64,000 nucleotides of DNA, from the NCBI GenBank assembly GCA_963666485.2, contig CAXXUO010000001.1, positions 1,280,001 through 1,344,000 of the forward strand, given 5' to 3'. This stretch comes from Syntrophorhabdaceae bacterium (lineage in GTDB: Bacteria; Desulfobacterota; Syntrophorhabdia; Syntrophorhabdales; Syntrophorhabdaceae). The notes beneath the pieces were generated by a model, which did no database searches, was not told where the DNA came from, and worked only from the letters and a program-made list of their open reading frames with translations. Made by a program: the position numbers and the translations under genes. This document shows, in pieces, positions 19,556 through 30,961 of this stretch (its first letter is position 1; each line of letters begins with the position of its first letter).

Positions 19556-20860
19556 TTATTTATGGTACGGCCGTACCTTTTCCATGAACGCCTTGAGCTT
19601 GCGCTCGATGCCCCTGTCCGTGGGATGGTAGTACTGTTTGCCCCGGAGTTCTTCAGGAAGGTACGCCTGCTTCACGATGGCGTCGGGATAATCGTGGGGG
19701 TAGAGGTAGCCTTCGCCGTAGCCGAGTTCGTCCATGAGCTTTGTCGGTGCGTTGCGGATGTGCATCGGGACGGGATATTCGGGCAGGTCCCTTACGTCGC
19801 GGGCGGCGGCGCCGTATGCCGTGTACACGGCGTTGCTTTTCTCGCATAACGCGAGATAAACGGCCGCCTGGGCAAGGGCGAGGTAACCTTCGGGGGGACC
19901 GATGAATTTGAACGCCTCCGTGGCACTGATCGTCAGCGTGAGCGCCTGGGGGTCGGCATTGCCCACATCCTCCGAGGCGAAGCGGACAAGGCGCCGCATG
20001 ATGTAAAGGGGGTCCTCGCCGCCTTCTATCATGCGGGCGAGCCAGTAGAGCGACGCGTCGGGGTCCGAGCCGCGGATGCTCTTATGCAGGGCGCTTATAA
20101 GGTCGTAATGCATCTCGCCGGTCTTGTCATACCGGGCGGTCTTTCTCTGGTATGCCTCCTGGACCGTTTCGTGGTTGATGGCCCGCCCACCCGCCGGGGC
20201 ATCTTTGGCCATTTTCAAGCAGACTTCGAGCAGGTTCAGGGCGCGCCGCGCATCGCCGTCGGCAAGGTACGCGATCTCCTCGATCGTGTCCCGGTCAATG
20301 GATATTTTCGCGGCCTTAAGTTCTTCATCCTCACTGAGGGCCCGATCGAGTATCCGGGCAATATCCGGCGCTTCGAGGGGCTTCAGCGTCAGTACCCGCA
20401 TGCGGGACAAAAGGGGTGAGATGATCTCAAAAGAGGGGTTTTCGGTCGTCGCACCGATCAGGATTATCGTGCCGTCCTCGACGTGTGGCAGGAACGTGTC
20501 CTGCTGGAGCTTGTTGAAGCGGTGGAATTCGTCCACGAAAAGTATGATCCGCTGATTGCGCGCCTTCTGAACGACCTCCTTGACCTCTTTCACGCCGATC
20601 GATACCGCGGAAAGCGACACGTAGGGAAGTTTCATGATGCGCCCGATGAGCCAGCCGATCGTTGTCTTTCCTACCCCGCTCGGCCCCCAGAAAATGAGCG
20701 ACGGTATGTCGCCCCGCTCTATCAGGGTGCGCAGCATCTTGCCTTTTCCCAGGAGGTGTTCCTGGCCTACGACATCGTCGAGCGATCGCGGCCGTACCCT
20801 GTCAGCGAGCGGTTTTTCTTTCTTTCCCTTCAGTATCGTGTCGTCTGAAAATAACTCCAT
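19556..20860 (-). CDS. rarA: Replication-associated recombination protein A (MgsA)
   Basis: GPSGVGKT, DEFHRFNK, ATTENP, SALHKSIRGSD, YLYPHDY. Confidence 0.95.
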   Translation of the reverse strand: MELFSDDTILKGKKEKPLADRVRPRSLDDVVGQEHLLGKGKMLRTLIERGDIPSLIFWGPSGVGKTTIGWLIGRIMKLPYVSLSAVSIGVKEVKEVVQKARNQRIILFVDEFHRFNKLQQDTFLPHVEDGTIILIGATTENPSFEIISPLLSRMRVLTLKPLEAPDIARILDRALSEDEELKAAKISIDRDTIEEIAYLADGDARRALNLLEVCLKMAKDAPAGGRAINHETVQEAYQRKTARYDKTGEMHYDLISALHKSIRGSDPDASLYWLARMIEGGEDPLYIMRRLVRFASEDVGNADPQALTLTISATEAFKFIGPPEGYLALAQAAVYLALCEKSNAVYTAYGAAARDVRDLPEYPVPMHIRNAPTKLMDELGYGEGYLYPHDYPDAIVKQAYLPEELRGKQYYHPTDRGIERKLKAFMEKVRPYHK

Positions 20861-20930
20861 GCCGATCTCTCGATGGTGACTTTAAACACGGGCAAATATC
20901 TGGCAAGGCATAAAATAACGAGGTGTTTTA

Positions 20931-21143
20931 TTAACCGGGAATCTTTGCTTTCGCCTCCGTTAAAAGGCGTATCAGTTCGTCGAGATTCTCCGGGGTAAGG
21001 GAAACACCTTTCTTTGTCGGGACCATTTCCCCTTCATCATTCTCAAAAAAATTCCGTACGTCTATGTATGTCTTTCCCTTGAATTCTTTGACGGTAACAA
21101 TGATCTTGTCCGTTCCTGTTTTTTGTATTTCTCCAATTATCAT
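20931..21143 (-). CDS. PC4/YdbC-family ssDNA-binding protein
   Basis: EFKGKTYIDVR...PTKKGVSL motif, 70 aa. Confidence 0.85.
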   Translation of the reverse strand: MIIGEIQKTGTDKIIVTVKEFKGKTYIDVRNFFENDEGEMVPTKKGVSLTPENLDELIRLLTEAKAKIPG

Positions 21144-21337
21144 TATGGCCCCCTCGGATGAGAACTTTTAGGTAAATATAGCATGATAAACAGGAAAAGT
21201 GTAAAGGCATCCTCCGCCGGATACACATAAGGACCGCCTTCAGCTTGCAATTTGGCGCACGTGTATCCTAGAATTATTCAAGGGGTTGTTTTTCATATCC
21301 TTAAGCGGTATTGAAAAACTTGTGAGGGGGCTAAAAC

Positions 21338-22595
21338 ATGTCAGGCAATGCGGTCGGAAGCAAGGGTTCTTTCCATTGGGCATTGGGTCATTCTTGCCGT
21401 ATGTTTCGTTAACCTTTTCATAAATTATGCAATACGCCTGGGGTATGGCACCATCCTGCCCGAGATGATACGCACGATGGGTATTACCCGCAAGGATGGC
21501 GGGCAGATCTTCAAACGCCTATTTTTATGCGTACATCGTATTCTCGCCCTTTGTCGGGTACCTCACGGACCGGCTCGGCGCACGGGTGGTGATACCCGCT
21601 TTCGGTCTTGTCCTCGGCGTTGGCACTATCTTCATGGGAAGCGCTGAGTCGTTCTGGGGGGCCGCCATCCCGTTCCTTTTCGTGGGGATCGGTGCGGCGG
21701 CAATGTGGACACCCATCATTACGCTCGTCCAGCGCTGGTTTGACCTGCACAGGCGGGGGATGGCACTCGGCATCCTCTCGGCAGGGTTCGGCCTCGGTTT
21801 TGCCGCGACGGGCAAGCTCTACCCCCGTCATCGTCTCCCACTGGAGCTGGCGCTATACCTGGTATATCTTCGGCGCAGCCGCACTGTGCATGAATCCTGA
21901 TCAACATTATTCTTCTGCGGTCGAGGCCCGAGGATACGGGACGCCAACCCTGGGGCACAAAGGCGGATGAACCGGTTGCGGCAGCAGCTCCGGCGAAACA
22001 GCAGTCATGTTACGGCGAGATCCTGTCGGCAAGAAGGTTCTGGATGATCGCTGCCTCGTATTTTTGCATCGGCGCCACCCTGTATATGGTCACGACCTTC
22101 ATGGTCGACTATGCACGGTATGAGCTGGGCTTTCCTTACGACCGGGCGTCTTTCCTCGCCACGATGCACGGGATAGGGCAGGTCATAGGCGTATTAACCC
22201 TGCCCCTTCTCTCCGATTATCTCGGCCGGAAAAAGACGATATCCATTTCGAACCTCTGTATAGCCGCAATGATCGTCTGGATAATTCTCGCGAAGGGCAA
22301 CGTGGGCCTTCTCTACACGGGCATCCTGCTCTTCGGGATATTTTACGGGTCGACATTCCCCTTATACGGCGCCTGCGGCGGTGATTATTTCAGGAAGGAG
22401 ATAATCGGGACCGTCATCGGTGCGTTCACCCCGTTCTATGCCTTCGGAGCCATCACCGCCCACTGGTTCGGCGGATACGTCCGCGACGTGACCGGCTCAT
22501 TCCTGGTCCCCTTCATGGTAGCCGTCGTCCTTGGCGTCATCGCCTCGGGACTCATGATGATGGTGAAGAAGGAGCCGGATGCGGAGATAGCGTAA
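21338..22595 (+). pseudogene. MFS transporter interrupted by four +1 frameshifts (pseudogene or assembly error)
   Basis: One continuous MFS (FHWAWVILAVC...LTDRLGAR...LSDYLGRK) is restored by removing one base near each of 21383, 21514, 21824 and 21893; GAGGGGG precedes ATG 21338. Confidence 0.85.
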
Positions 22596-22597
22596 AT

Positions 22598-22740
22598 AAC
22601 GTTCTACGTTCCGCGTTCTACGTTCCGCGTTAGAGACGCATATGTGCTATCAGCGACATCATTCCGGCAGCAATTTCAGAGATTCTGAGCCTGTGTGTTT
22701 TGTTTTTAACGTAGAACGTAGAATGCGGAACGTAGAACGA
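22598..22740. repeat. Inverted heptamer arrays (ACGTTCT/AGAACGT)
   Basis: acgttct-acgttcc-gcgttct... facing aacgtag-aacgtag..., between convergent genes. Confidence 0.8.
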
Positions 22741-22741
22741 A

Positions 22742-24055
22742 TCACCGTCCTATCAGTATCCCCCCCTGTCCCGTATAAAAGATCCCCGCCAGTGCGCCGG
22801 TCATGAAGCAGGCGATGTTGGCGGCGAAGAGTGCCCAGAGGCCGATGACGGCGATGTCCTTCGTCCGCTCGGGTACGAGGGTCGATGTCCCGCCGACGAA
22901 TATCGCAAGGGACGGTATGTGCGCGAATCCGCACAGGGCATATGTGGCAATGAAGACGCTTCGCGGATCGGCTATTTTTCCCGCCTTAACGAGAAGGCTT
23001 AAGTCCTGATAGGACTTGACCTCGGTCATGATGATGCGCTCGCCCAGTATCCTTGCGATCTGGGGGGCATCCTCGAGCGGGACACCCATCGCGACCGTGA
23101 AGGGATAGAAGACATAGCCGAGGACAGTGTTGAGGGTAATGTCGACCGGCCTTCCGAAAGCGGACCCCATTATTTTCCCGAGATACGCGAGACCGTTGTC
23201 GAACAGGGCCACGAGGCCGATAAATGCGATGAGAAGCGCAGCGATACCGACGACCATCTTTACCCCGGTCATCGATCCGTTTATGATCGCCTCGATCGGG
23301 TTGCCGGCCTTTTCGTATTCAACCTTCACTATCTTCCCCCGGGTAAGGGGTGTGCCCGTCTCCGGGAAGATCATCTTTGACGCTATGATCGCGGCGGGCG
23401 CAAGAAGGATGGATGCGGAGATGAGATGGCCGGCTGCCGTGGGGAAGATCCCGGAAAGGATGATGACGTAGAAACCGAGGACGCTCGAAGCGATCGTCGC
23501 CATTCCGGTTGTCAGTACGACCATGAGCTCCGACCGCGTCATCTCTTTCAAATAAGGGCGGATCGTGAGGTTCGATTCGATGCCGAGGAATATCTGGGCG
23601 GACGCGCACAGCGACTCGGCCCCGCTTATCCCCATGACCTTGACGAATACCCGGGCAAACAGGGCGATAAGCCGCTCCATGATCCCGACATAGTACAAAA
23701 GCTCCATAAGCGCCGCAAAGAATATGATCGACGGCAGCGCCTGAAACGCGAGGATGAAACCGATAGAGCCGGGCTGTCCGGGAGAGAGTGCAAGCGGGCC
23801 GAAAAGAAAGCGGATACCTTCGAAAGCCCCTTCGATGATCTGCATCGTGACATCGTTGAGGACAAGGAAAAACTTCGACCCGAAGGGAACGAGAAAAACA
23901 AAGAGCGCGAACAGGACCTGCAGCGCGATCCCCCATATGATGACGCGAAGACTGATACCGCGTTTTGAATGGGAGAAGAGGATCAAAAATCCGATAAAAG
24001 CCAGTAATCCAACCGCAGAGATCCCGTTGTAAATTGTCATGCCATCAATCCCCAA
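22742..24055 (-). CDS. CNT/NupC-family nucleoside transporter
   Basis: LPSIIFF, SGAESL, GMATIA, YALCGFA motifs; many TM helices. Confidence 0.92.
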   Translation of the reverse strand: MGIDGMTIYNGISAVGLLAFIGFLILFSHSKRGISLRVIIWGIALQVLFALFVFLVPFGSKFFLVLNDVTMQIIEGAFEGIRFLFGPLALSPGQPGSIGFILAFQALPSIIFFAALMELLYYVGIMERLIALFARVFVKVMGISGAESLCASAQIFLGIESNLTIRPYLKEMTRSELMVVLTTGMATIASSVLGFYVIILSGIFPTAAGHLISASILLAPAAIIASKMIFPETGTPLTRGKIVKVEYEKAGNPIEAIINGSMTGVKMVVGIAALLIAFIGLVALFDNGLAYLGKIMGSAFGRPVDITLNTVLGYVFYPFTVAMGVPLEDAPQIARILGERIIMTEVKSYQDLSLLVKAGKIADPRSVFIATYALCGFAHIPSLAIFVGGTSTLVPERTKDIAVIGLWALFAANIACFMTGALAGIFYTGQGGILIGR

Positions 24056-24057
24056 CT

Positions 24058-24160
24058 AAAGGTTCAAAGTTCAAGGTTCAAAGTTAAAAAACAAAAGCTT
24101 AAATTTTGCCCAACCCGGAATGAATACCCTATAGTTTCTAACCTTGAACTTTGAACCTTG
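24058..24160. repeat. Inverted heptamer arrays (GGTTCAA type)
   Basis: aggttca-aagttca... facing ccttgaa-ctttgaa-ccttg. Confidence 0.75.
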
Positions 24161-24281
24161 CTTTACAATACCAATTCCCGTTCCCGTTGACAAGAACGAA
24201 CGCCTGCTTGCACTTTACTTGGCGCGGCCACCTGTGATAAAAAATTGCCTGTATCATATTAATCTTTTTCTCGAGGAGACG

Positions 24282-25265
24282 ATGATAACGGGCATAGGGA
24301 GTTTCCCCTTCACAGGCATCGACGAAACGATCGACCTTATTTTTTCAACATGCAAGGAGATACCCTTCTGGCCGCAGTTGCCGAAGCGGTCCCAGCTCGA
24401 GAACATGTATGCGACATTTCTCGAAGGCGTGCCGTGCATTGTCAGCGACGAAGAAAAGAACACCATATATATGGACACGACGCGGACGGAGGGCATCGAG
24501 GAGTTTTACGAGAATGTGGCCGCGGAGAATGTAAAGGCGTTCGCCATATCCGAAAAATATGCACCGGGCTTTTACAGGTTCCTCGACAGGCTCAAAGAAG
24601 TGGAAGACGATGTCCGGTTCATCAAATGCCAGATAACCGGGCCTTTCAGCATGGGGCTCGGCCTCAAAGACGAGAACGACAAACCGGTCATTTATAACTT
24701 CGCCTTTTACGACATCATAAAGAAGGCGCTCAATATGAAGGCGAAATGGATGACCGGGGCGATACAGGAACGGTATCCCGGTACCGATATCATCATGTTC
24801 TGTGATGAACCGTACATGGTTTCGTTCGGTTCGGCATATATATCCATCCCGCGCGAGGATGTCATCGCGTCGCTCAACGAGGTCATCGACGGGGTCCCGG
24901 CGCGCTGCGGCATACATATCTGCGGGAATACGGACTGGTCCGTCCCTTTTCAGTCTGACATAGAAATCGTCAATTACGACGCCTTCTCGTACCTCGACAC
25001 CATTTTCTATTTCACCGAGGACCTGAAGGAATTCCTTGAGCGCGGCGGCTGGATCGCCCCCGGCGTCGTCCCCTCATCCCCCGACGTCATGAACGAGACA
25101 CCCGACTCCGTCCGGGACCGCGCCGCACTTTTCATCGAGAAGATCGCGGGCGTGACCGTCCCCGACACGGACAGCATCCTCTTCACAACAAGCTGCGGCC
25201 TCGGAAGCCTCAGCGAAGAAGAGGCAAGAAGGGCGATGGAGCTGCTCAAGCAGTTATCGTACTAA
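24282..25265 (+). CDS. Single-domain 'core' methionine synthase (MetE catalytic-domain-like)
   Basis: TGIGSFP, IPFWPQLPKRS..ENM, DEP; likely Zn ligands in HIC and SCGLG; 327 aa; GAGGAG RBS. Confidence 0.75.
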   Translation: MITGIGSFPFTGIDETIDLIFSTCKEIPFWPQLPKRSQLENMYATFLEGVPCIVSDEEKNTIYMDTTRTEGIEEFYENVAAENVKAFAISEKYAPGFYRFLDRLKEVEDDVRFIKCQITGPFSMGLGLKDENDKPVIYNFAFYDIIKKALNMKAKWMTGAIQERYPGTDIIMFCDEPYMVSFGSAYISIPREDVIASLNEVIDGVPARCGIHICGNTDWSVPFQSDIEIVNYDAFSYLDTIFYFTEDLKEFLERGGWIAPGVVPSSPDVMNETPDSVRDRAALFIEKIAGVTVPDTDSILFTTSCGLGSLSEEEARRAMELLKQLSY

Positions 25266-25269
25266 GAAT

Positions 25270-25480
25270 CGTTCTACGTTCCGCGTTCTACGTTCTACGT
25301 TAAAAAGCAGGCGATACCCCCGCCGTCATTCCGCCGGCTTTTGCGGCGGAATGACAGCGTCTTTAGGTTTTTTCAACAAATGAAAAACAAAGACACTGGA
25401 CCCCGGCAAGCCGGGGTGACGGTATGAATACAATGTACTTTTTTCTAACGTAGAACGTAGAACGTGGAACGTGGAACGTC
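25270..25480. repeat. Inverted heptamer arrays enclosing REP-like palindromes
   Basis: cgttcta/cgttccg arrays facing aacgtag/aacgtgg; inside, gtcattccgcc...ggcggaatgac and ctggaccccggcaagccggggtgacg. Confidence 0.8.
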
Positions 25481-25482
25481 TT

Positions 25483-26271
25483 TTACTTCCCTTTAAACAC
25501 CGGTTTTCTTTTCTCCAGGAACGCCTTTGCCGCCTCGACATGGTCCTCCGTCTCGGAAAGCAGGGACAACTGGGACGATATATAATCGAGATGCGCGCGT
25601 AATGTACTTGTTGTTCCCTGGTACACCGCCCGTTTCATCATGCGTACGGCGAGAGGGGGCATGCCGGCTATGCGTGAGGCGAGCTTCATTGCCTCATCCA
25701 TCAATTTGTCGTGAGGGACGACACGGTTGACGATGCCGAGCGACAGGGCCTGACCGGCGTCGAGGACATCGGCGGTGAGGAAAAGCTCAAGGGCCTTTGC
25801 TATACCGACGAGCCGGGGCAGGAACCACGCACCGCCGTCACCCGGGCACAGGCCCATGAGGATGTATGATTCGCCGAGCTTTGCCCTGTCCGAGCATACG
25901 CGCATATCGCACATGATCGCCATGTCCATTCCCGCTCCCATGGCCGCGCCGTTTATTGCCGCAATGACGGGCTTGTCGAGGTCCTCGAGGGTGAGTATTA
26001 TGCGATGGACCCCTTCCCACAGGAAGCGCTTCATGTCCCAGGACCGCAGCTTGCCTTCCGCCATGTCCCGGATATCGCCCCCGGAACAGAACGTGTCCCC
26101 TGCCCCGGTCACCACGACGACGGTAACCCCGTCATCCTTCTTCGCCTCTTCGAGGTATTCGCGCCAGAGCCTGATCATGTCGGGACTGAACGCGTTGCGT
26201 GCATCGGGCCTGTTGATGGTGAGCCGGGCAATGTTCCCTTCCTTCGCATAGAGCATGTGGGGGGTCGTCAT
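25483..26271 (-). CDS. Enoyl-CoA hydratase/isomerase (crotonase) family protein
   Basis: TINRPDARNA, FCSGGDI, INGAAMGAG, AFLEKRKP; start approximate. Confidence 0.92.
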   Translation of the reverse strand: MTTPHMLYAKEGNIARLTINRPDARNAFSPDMIRLWREYLEEAKKDDGVTVVVVTGAGDTFCSGGDIRDMAEGKLRSWDMKRFLWEGVHRIILTLEDLDKPVIAAINGAAMGAGMDMAIMCDMRVCSDRAKLGESYILMGLCPGDGGAWFLPRLVGIAKALELFLTADVLDAGQALSLGIVNRVVPHDKLMDEAMKLASRIAGMPPLAVRMMKRAVYQGTTSTLRAHLDYISSQLSLLSETEDHVEAAKAFLEKRKPVFKGK

Positions 26272-26427
26272 GTTCGTAGGTCTCCTTCGTTGTGATGTGC
26301 CGTGAACCGCGTGTGCCTTCAACAGTAAATCATTTCCCTCACGTCAGGTCAAGCCGCCAAAAACCCTTTGCTTTCCGCGTTCTTCGTTGACTTTTGAGGC
26401 ATCTTAGGTCTATATATTAGGTCGAAA

Positions 26428-28470
26428 ATGAAGAAGCATCACACACGCCTTCCGAAGATTCGGAACATTGGTATCGCAGCCCATATCGATGCCGGCAAGA
26501 CGACGGTAACGGAACGGGTCCTGTATTATACGGGCCGGACCCACAAGATAGGCGAGGTGCATGAAGGCACGGCCGTGATGGACTACCTGCCGCAGGAGCA
26601 GGAGCGGGGCATCACGATCACCTCCGCCGTCACGACCCTTTACTGGGATGACCACGAGGTCCAGCTCATCGACACGCCGGGGCATGTCGACTTCACGATC
26701 GAGGTCGAAAGGTCCCTGAGGGTCCTCGACGGGATGGTCGCGATATTCTGCGGCGTCGGCGGCGTCGAGCCCCAGACGGAGACCGTGTGGCACCAGGCGG
26801 ACAAATACCACGTCCCCCGCATCGCCTTTATAAACAAGCTCGACCGTATCGGGTCCGATTTTTTCCGCGTCATCGACATGATCGTAGAGAAGTTCGGTGC
26901 TGACCCGATACCCCTGCAGATACCCCTCGGACGCGAAGACGGTTTTTATGGCGTCGTCGACCTTATCACGATGCAGGCCATTGCCTGGGAAGACGAGGAC
27001 CTCGGCGCGACGTACCGGACGATATCCATACCCGCCGAGTACAGGGAACAGGCATCCCTGTACAGGGAAAGGCTTTTTGACAAGCTGTCCCTCTTCGATG
27101 ACGAACTGATGGAACTCTATCTTGAAGGCCTGGAGATCGAGCCGTCGAGAATATACAGCGCTTTGCGGAAGGGCACGATCGCCCTCAAGTGCGTCCCCGT
27201 CCTGTGCGGTGCCGCATTGAGGAACAAAGGGATCCAGCCGCTCCTCGACGCCGTTGTGCGCTACCTGCCTTCCCCGCTCGATGTACCGGCGGTCACCGGC
27301 GAAAACCCTGTCACGCATGAACTGGAAGAACGCAAGGCGAGTGATGACGAAGATCTTGCCGCGCTTGCCTTCAAGATAGTGATGGAAGAGGGCAGGAAGC
27401 TTACATATATCAGGATATATTCCGGTTCGCTCAAAGTGGGCGGTGATGTCTATAACGTCAACCTCGGAAAGAAAGAGAAGATATCACGCATATATAAGAT
27501 GCATGCCAATCACAAGGACAGGATCGAAGAGGCGCGGGCAGGTGCCATCGTCGGCATCGTCGGCCTCAAGGAGACCTCGACCGGCCAGACGCTGACCGGG
27601 TCGAAACCGATACTGCTCGAGCCCATCGAGATCTACCAGCCGGTCATCTCCGTCGCCGTGGAGGCGGCCCGTAACGTAGACCAGGACAAACTGATCCTCG
27701 CCCTGCAAAGGATAACACAGGAAGACCCGACGTTCGTTATGAAGACGGACGAGGATGCTTACCAGACGATCGTTTCCGGCATGGGAGAGTTGCACCTCGA
27801 CGTGATCATGCACCGCATCAGGGAAGAATTCGGCGTAGAGGTCCATGTCGGGAAGCCGCAGGTCGTCTACAAGGAAAGCATCGAAAACGAAATATCCTGC
27901 GAGCATTCCTTCGAGAAGATGATCAACAATGTCTCCTGCAAGGGCTGGGTGTCCTTAAAGATCTCGCCCAACAAACGGGGCGAAGGCACTATGATCATCT
28001 CCCGGATAACGGAAGAGAACCCGGTTTTCCCCTTTGTGAACGCGGTGGAGGAAGGCGTCACGGAGGCATCAAGCATTGGCGTCCTCAAAGGGTACCCCTT
28101 AACGGACGTCCGCGTCGAAATTATCAACGCGACGTTCAACAACCCGGACTTTGCCCGTCTTACCCTCAAGATGGCGGCATACGACGCCTTTCGCGACGCA
28201 TGCCTGCAGGCGGGGCCGGTCCTGCTCGTTCCCATCATGTCGCTCACAGTCACGGTACCGAACGAATTCCTCGGGGACATCATAGCAGACCTCAATTCAC
28301 GCAGGTGCCAGATCGCAAATATAGCGACGAAGGACAAGTACACGATAGTCGAGGCACACGCCCCGCTCACGAACATGTTCGGGTATTCCACGGACATCCG
28401 CTCCCTGTCGCAGGGACGGGCATCGTTCACAATGTATTTTTCACACTATGACAGGATAGAAAATGGATAA
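26428..28470 (+). CDS. fusA: Elongation factor G paralog (outside the str operon)
   Basis: [40 protein letters not shown]. Confidence 0.93.
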   Translation: MKKHHTRLPKIRNIGIAAHIDAGKTTVTERVLYYTGRTHKIGEVHEGTAVMDYLPQEQERGITITSAVTTLYWDDHEVQLIDTPGHVDFTIEVERSLRVLDGMVAIFCGVGGVEPQTETVWHQADKYHVPRIAFINKLDRIGSDFFRVIDMIVEKFGADPIPLQIPLGREDGFYGVVDLITMQAIAWEDEDLGATYRTISIPAEYREQASLYRERLFDKLSLFDDELMELYLEGLEIEPSRIYSALRKGTIALKCVPVLCGAALRNKGIQPLLDAVVRYLPSPLDVPAVTGENPVTHELEERKASDDEDLAALAFKIVMEEGRKLTYIRIYSGSLKVGGDVYNVNLGKKEKISRIYKMHANHKDRIEEARAGAIVGIVGLKETSTGQTLTGSKPILLEPIEIYQPVISVAVEAARNVDQDKLILALQRITQEDPTFVMKTDEDAYQTIVSGMGELHLDVIMHRIREEFGVEVHVGKPQVVYKESIENEISCEHSFEKMINNVSCKGWVSLKISPNKRGEGTMIISRITEENPVFPFVNAVEEGVTEASSIGVLKGYPLTDVRVEIINATFNNPDFARLTLKMAAYDAFRDACLQAGPVLLVPIMSLTVTVPNEFLGDIIADLNSRRCQIANIATKDKYTIVEAHAPLTNMFGYSTDIRSLSQGRASFTMYFSHYDRIENG

Positions 28471-29428
28471 TCTCGGTGAGGTGCTCAAGGAACTGCGCGG
28501 GGCCGGAGGCTTCATATCCGGCGACCACATCGCCGGGAAACTCAGCGTATCGAGAACGGCCGTCTGGAAATACATGAACCAGCTCGAGCGCTACGGGTAT
28601 GATATCGATAAATCGAAAGGCAAGGGGTACCGGCTCGTCAATACGCCGGACAGGCTGTACGCGTGGGAGATCGACCGGTTCAGGACGTCAGCCGTCATCG
28701 GGTCAAAGATAATCCACAAGGATAATCTCGATTCCACGAACAGTTTCGCGTTCGCGCAGGCCATGGGCGGTGAACCCGAGGGCACCTGCGTGGTCGCGGA
28801 GTCCCAGAATAAAGGAAAAGGAAGGCTTGGCCGCAAATGGTCGTCGCCTGAAGGCAGGAACATCTACCTGTCCGTTATACTGCGGCCGTCCGTTCATCCC
28901 TCGGTCGTCTACCCCATAACGTTCCTGTCCTCCCTTGCGGTGTCGGACACGATAGCGCAACTGACGGGGTTGAAGCCCAGTCTCAAATGGCCGAACGATG
29001 TCCTGGTCGGCCCGAGGAAGATATCGGGAACGCTCATCGAGCTTTCTACAGAAGCCGACATGGTGCGTTTCGTTGTGATCGGGATCGGCCTTAACGTGAA
29101 TATGGAAATGAAAGACATGGACAAGGAGATCAGGGCAAAAGCGACATCTTTTCTCGTCGAAACCAAAAAAACGTTTGAAAGACCGCGTGTGTGTGGTATT
29201 CTTTTGTCCAATCTTGAACAATATTACGGGGTTTTCAAAAATGATGGCCCGCAGGCCATATGTGATATCTGGGAGCAAAAGGCGCAGATCAGGGGCAAAT
29301 ATCTCGAGATCAACCAGATGGGCGAGATGTATGCCGGACTGGCGCAGGGCATTGACCGCGATGGCGCCATTCTCCTCGATATAGACGGCACCACGAAAAA
29401 AATTCTTGCAGGAGATGTGAACTTCTAA
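28463..29428 (+). CDS. birA: Bifunctional biotin-protein ligase/repressor
   Basis: N-terminal HTH (SRTAVWK), [16 protein letters not shown]. Confidence 0.95.
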   Translation: MDNLGEVLKELRGAGGFISGDHIAGKLSVSRTAVWKYMNQLERYGYDIDKSKGKGYRLVNTPDRLYAWEIDRFRTSAVIGSKIIHKDNLDSTNSFAFAQAMGGEPEGTCVVAESQNKGKGRLGRKWSSPEGRNIYLSVILRPSVHPSVVYPITFLSSLAVSDTIAQLTGLKPSLKWPNDVLVGPRKISGTLIELSTEADMVRFVVIGIGLNVNMEMKDMDKEIRAKATSFLVETKKTFERPRVCGILLSNLEQYYGVFKNDGPQAICDIWEQKAQIRGKYLEINQMGEMYAGLAQGIDRDGAILLDIDGTTKKILAGDVNF

Positions 29429-30210
29429 TGCTACTCGTCATTGATATCGGAAACACCAACATCGTATTTGGCGTCTATCATGAAGGCAAGCTCGTCAACC
29501 ACTGGCGTCTGTCGACCGCCATGACGAAGACGGTCGATGAATACGCCATTCTCCTCAACAGCCTTCTGTACATCGAAAAGATCAGGCTGAATGAGATACA
29601 CAGCGCAATATTATCATGCGTTGTCCCGCCGCTGCTCATTCCGTTCGAGATCGTGTGCAGGAAGTATATCGGCATCATGCCGATCGTTGTCGAGCCCGGC
29701 ATCAAGACCGGCATGCCCGTTCTCTACGAAAATGCCGTCGAGCTGGGCGCAGACCGTATCGTCAACGCGGTCGCCGGCTATGAAAAATACAAAAAGGCAC
29801 TCATCATCGTCGATTTCGGGACCGCTACGACGTTCGACTACATCACACCAAAAGGGGAGTATGCCGGCGGCTCCATCGCCCCGGGCATCCTCATCTCCCT
29901 CGATGCCCTCTTCGAGCGTGCGTCCAAGCTCCCGCGCGTCGAGCTCGTCCAGCCGAAGACCCTGATCAGCAAGAACACGGTCCAGGCGATGCAGGCAGGC
30001 ATCACCTACGGGTATGTCAGCCTTGTCGACGGGATCGTCAAGAGGATGAAGCAGGAGGTAAGGACCGATCCCCTCGTCATCGCGACGGGCGGACTGTCAA
30101 GCCTCATTTACAAGGGCTCGGAGACGATCGACGTCGTCGATGAGTTCCTGACGCTCGAGGGGCTCAAGATACTGTACGAAAAGAATAAGGACCATCATAA
30201 GTTTAAATAA
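29428..30210 (+). CDS. coaX: Type III pantothenate kinase
   Basis: DIGNTN, LGADR, DFGTATT, ATGG. Confidence 0.95.
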   Translation: MLLVIDIGNTNIVFGVYHEGKLVNHWRLSTAMTKTVDEYAILLNSLLYIEKIRLNEIHSAILSCVVPPLLIPFEIVCRKYIGIMPIVVEPGIKTGMPVLYENAVELGADRIVNAVAGYEKYKKALIIVDFGTATTFDYITPKGEYAGGSIAPGILISLDALFERASKLPRVELVQPKTLISKNTVQAMQAGITYGYVSLVDGIVKRMKQEVRTDPLVIATGGLSSLIYKGSETIDVVDEFLTLEGLKILYEKNKDHHKFK

Positions 30211-30241
30211 GTTCAAGGTTCAATGTTCAAGGTTCAACGTT
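30209..30241. repeat. Heptamer tandem array (GTTCAAN), single arm
   Basis: gttcaag-gttcaat-gttcaag-gttcaac directly after the coaX stop. Confidence 0.7.
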
Positions 30242-30331
30242 AAAGAAGCTGAAAACCGGAAAGCGGCTTCAGCTTTTTTGACGAAAATGCACACTGGGCA
30301 TATATTGTCTTAGAAATATGCGAGGTGGAAG

Positions 30332-30943
30332 ATGAAAAAGAATGTTATCGCGGTCTTGTTTATATGTGCTATGGCCCTCCTGGGGTGTGCGGCATCGGTT
30401 GGGGTGGGAACCGGGTATTCATTTCTCGATACGATCCCGCCGGGCAGTGCGCCGGTGCCTGTGACGCAGGGGGAAAGGCCGGTTGTTGCCGTGGGTCCTG
30501 TCGGGGTCCCCGGGTACATTGTCCGGGCGAAAACGATAATGGAATCCACGATCAGCCTGGCCAATATTTCTTCGGCGGACGAAAGGGACGCTGTTCTCTA
30601 CAGGGAGATCCCGCGGGTCGTTACCGTAAATATCGGGAATCTCCTGGCACCGAAAGGGATTGCCGTCGTATCGACCGGCATGCGGTCGACCAAAGGGGAT
30701 TACAGGATCGCCGTCGATTTGAGCGCTTTTGATGTTACGCAGTTCAACACCCTTGAGACCAAGGGGCAATGGGCCCTGTATAAAGGCGCCGACGCAGCGC
30801 CGGTCACGGTCAGGAATATTTCTTTTTCGACGCCGATCGCAGGCAATGATACTGCCGCGGTCCGGTCGGCAATGAGCCGGGCCCTTGCGGATCTGGCCAC
30901 AATGATTGTCAGGGATTTTGAAGGGTCCCTCGGAACGAGGTAG
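30332..30943 (+). CDS. PqiC-like (ABC transport auxiliary) lipoprotein
   Basis: Lipobox LLGC; VAVGPVGVPGY; C-terminal AMSRALADLA. Confidence 0.7.
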   Translation: MKKNVIAVLFICAMALLGCAASVGVGTGYSFLDTIPPGSAPVPVTQGERPVVAVGPVGVPGYIVRAKTIMESTISLANISSADERDAVLYREIPRVVTVNIGNLLAPKGIAVVSTGMRSTKGDYRIAVDLSAFDVTQFNTLETKGQWALYKGADAAPVTVRNISFSTPIAGNDTAAVRSAMSRALADLATMIVRDFEGSLGTR

Positions 30944-30961
30944 TTCCCCGGGGAAATGTGA

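Noticed and set aside
21338..22595. Programmed frameshifting or phase variation in the MFS gene
   Set aside because: Four separate shifts in very short runs are implausible for a programmed mechanism
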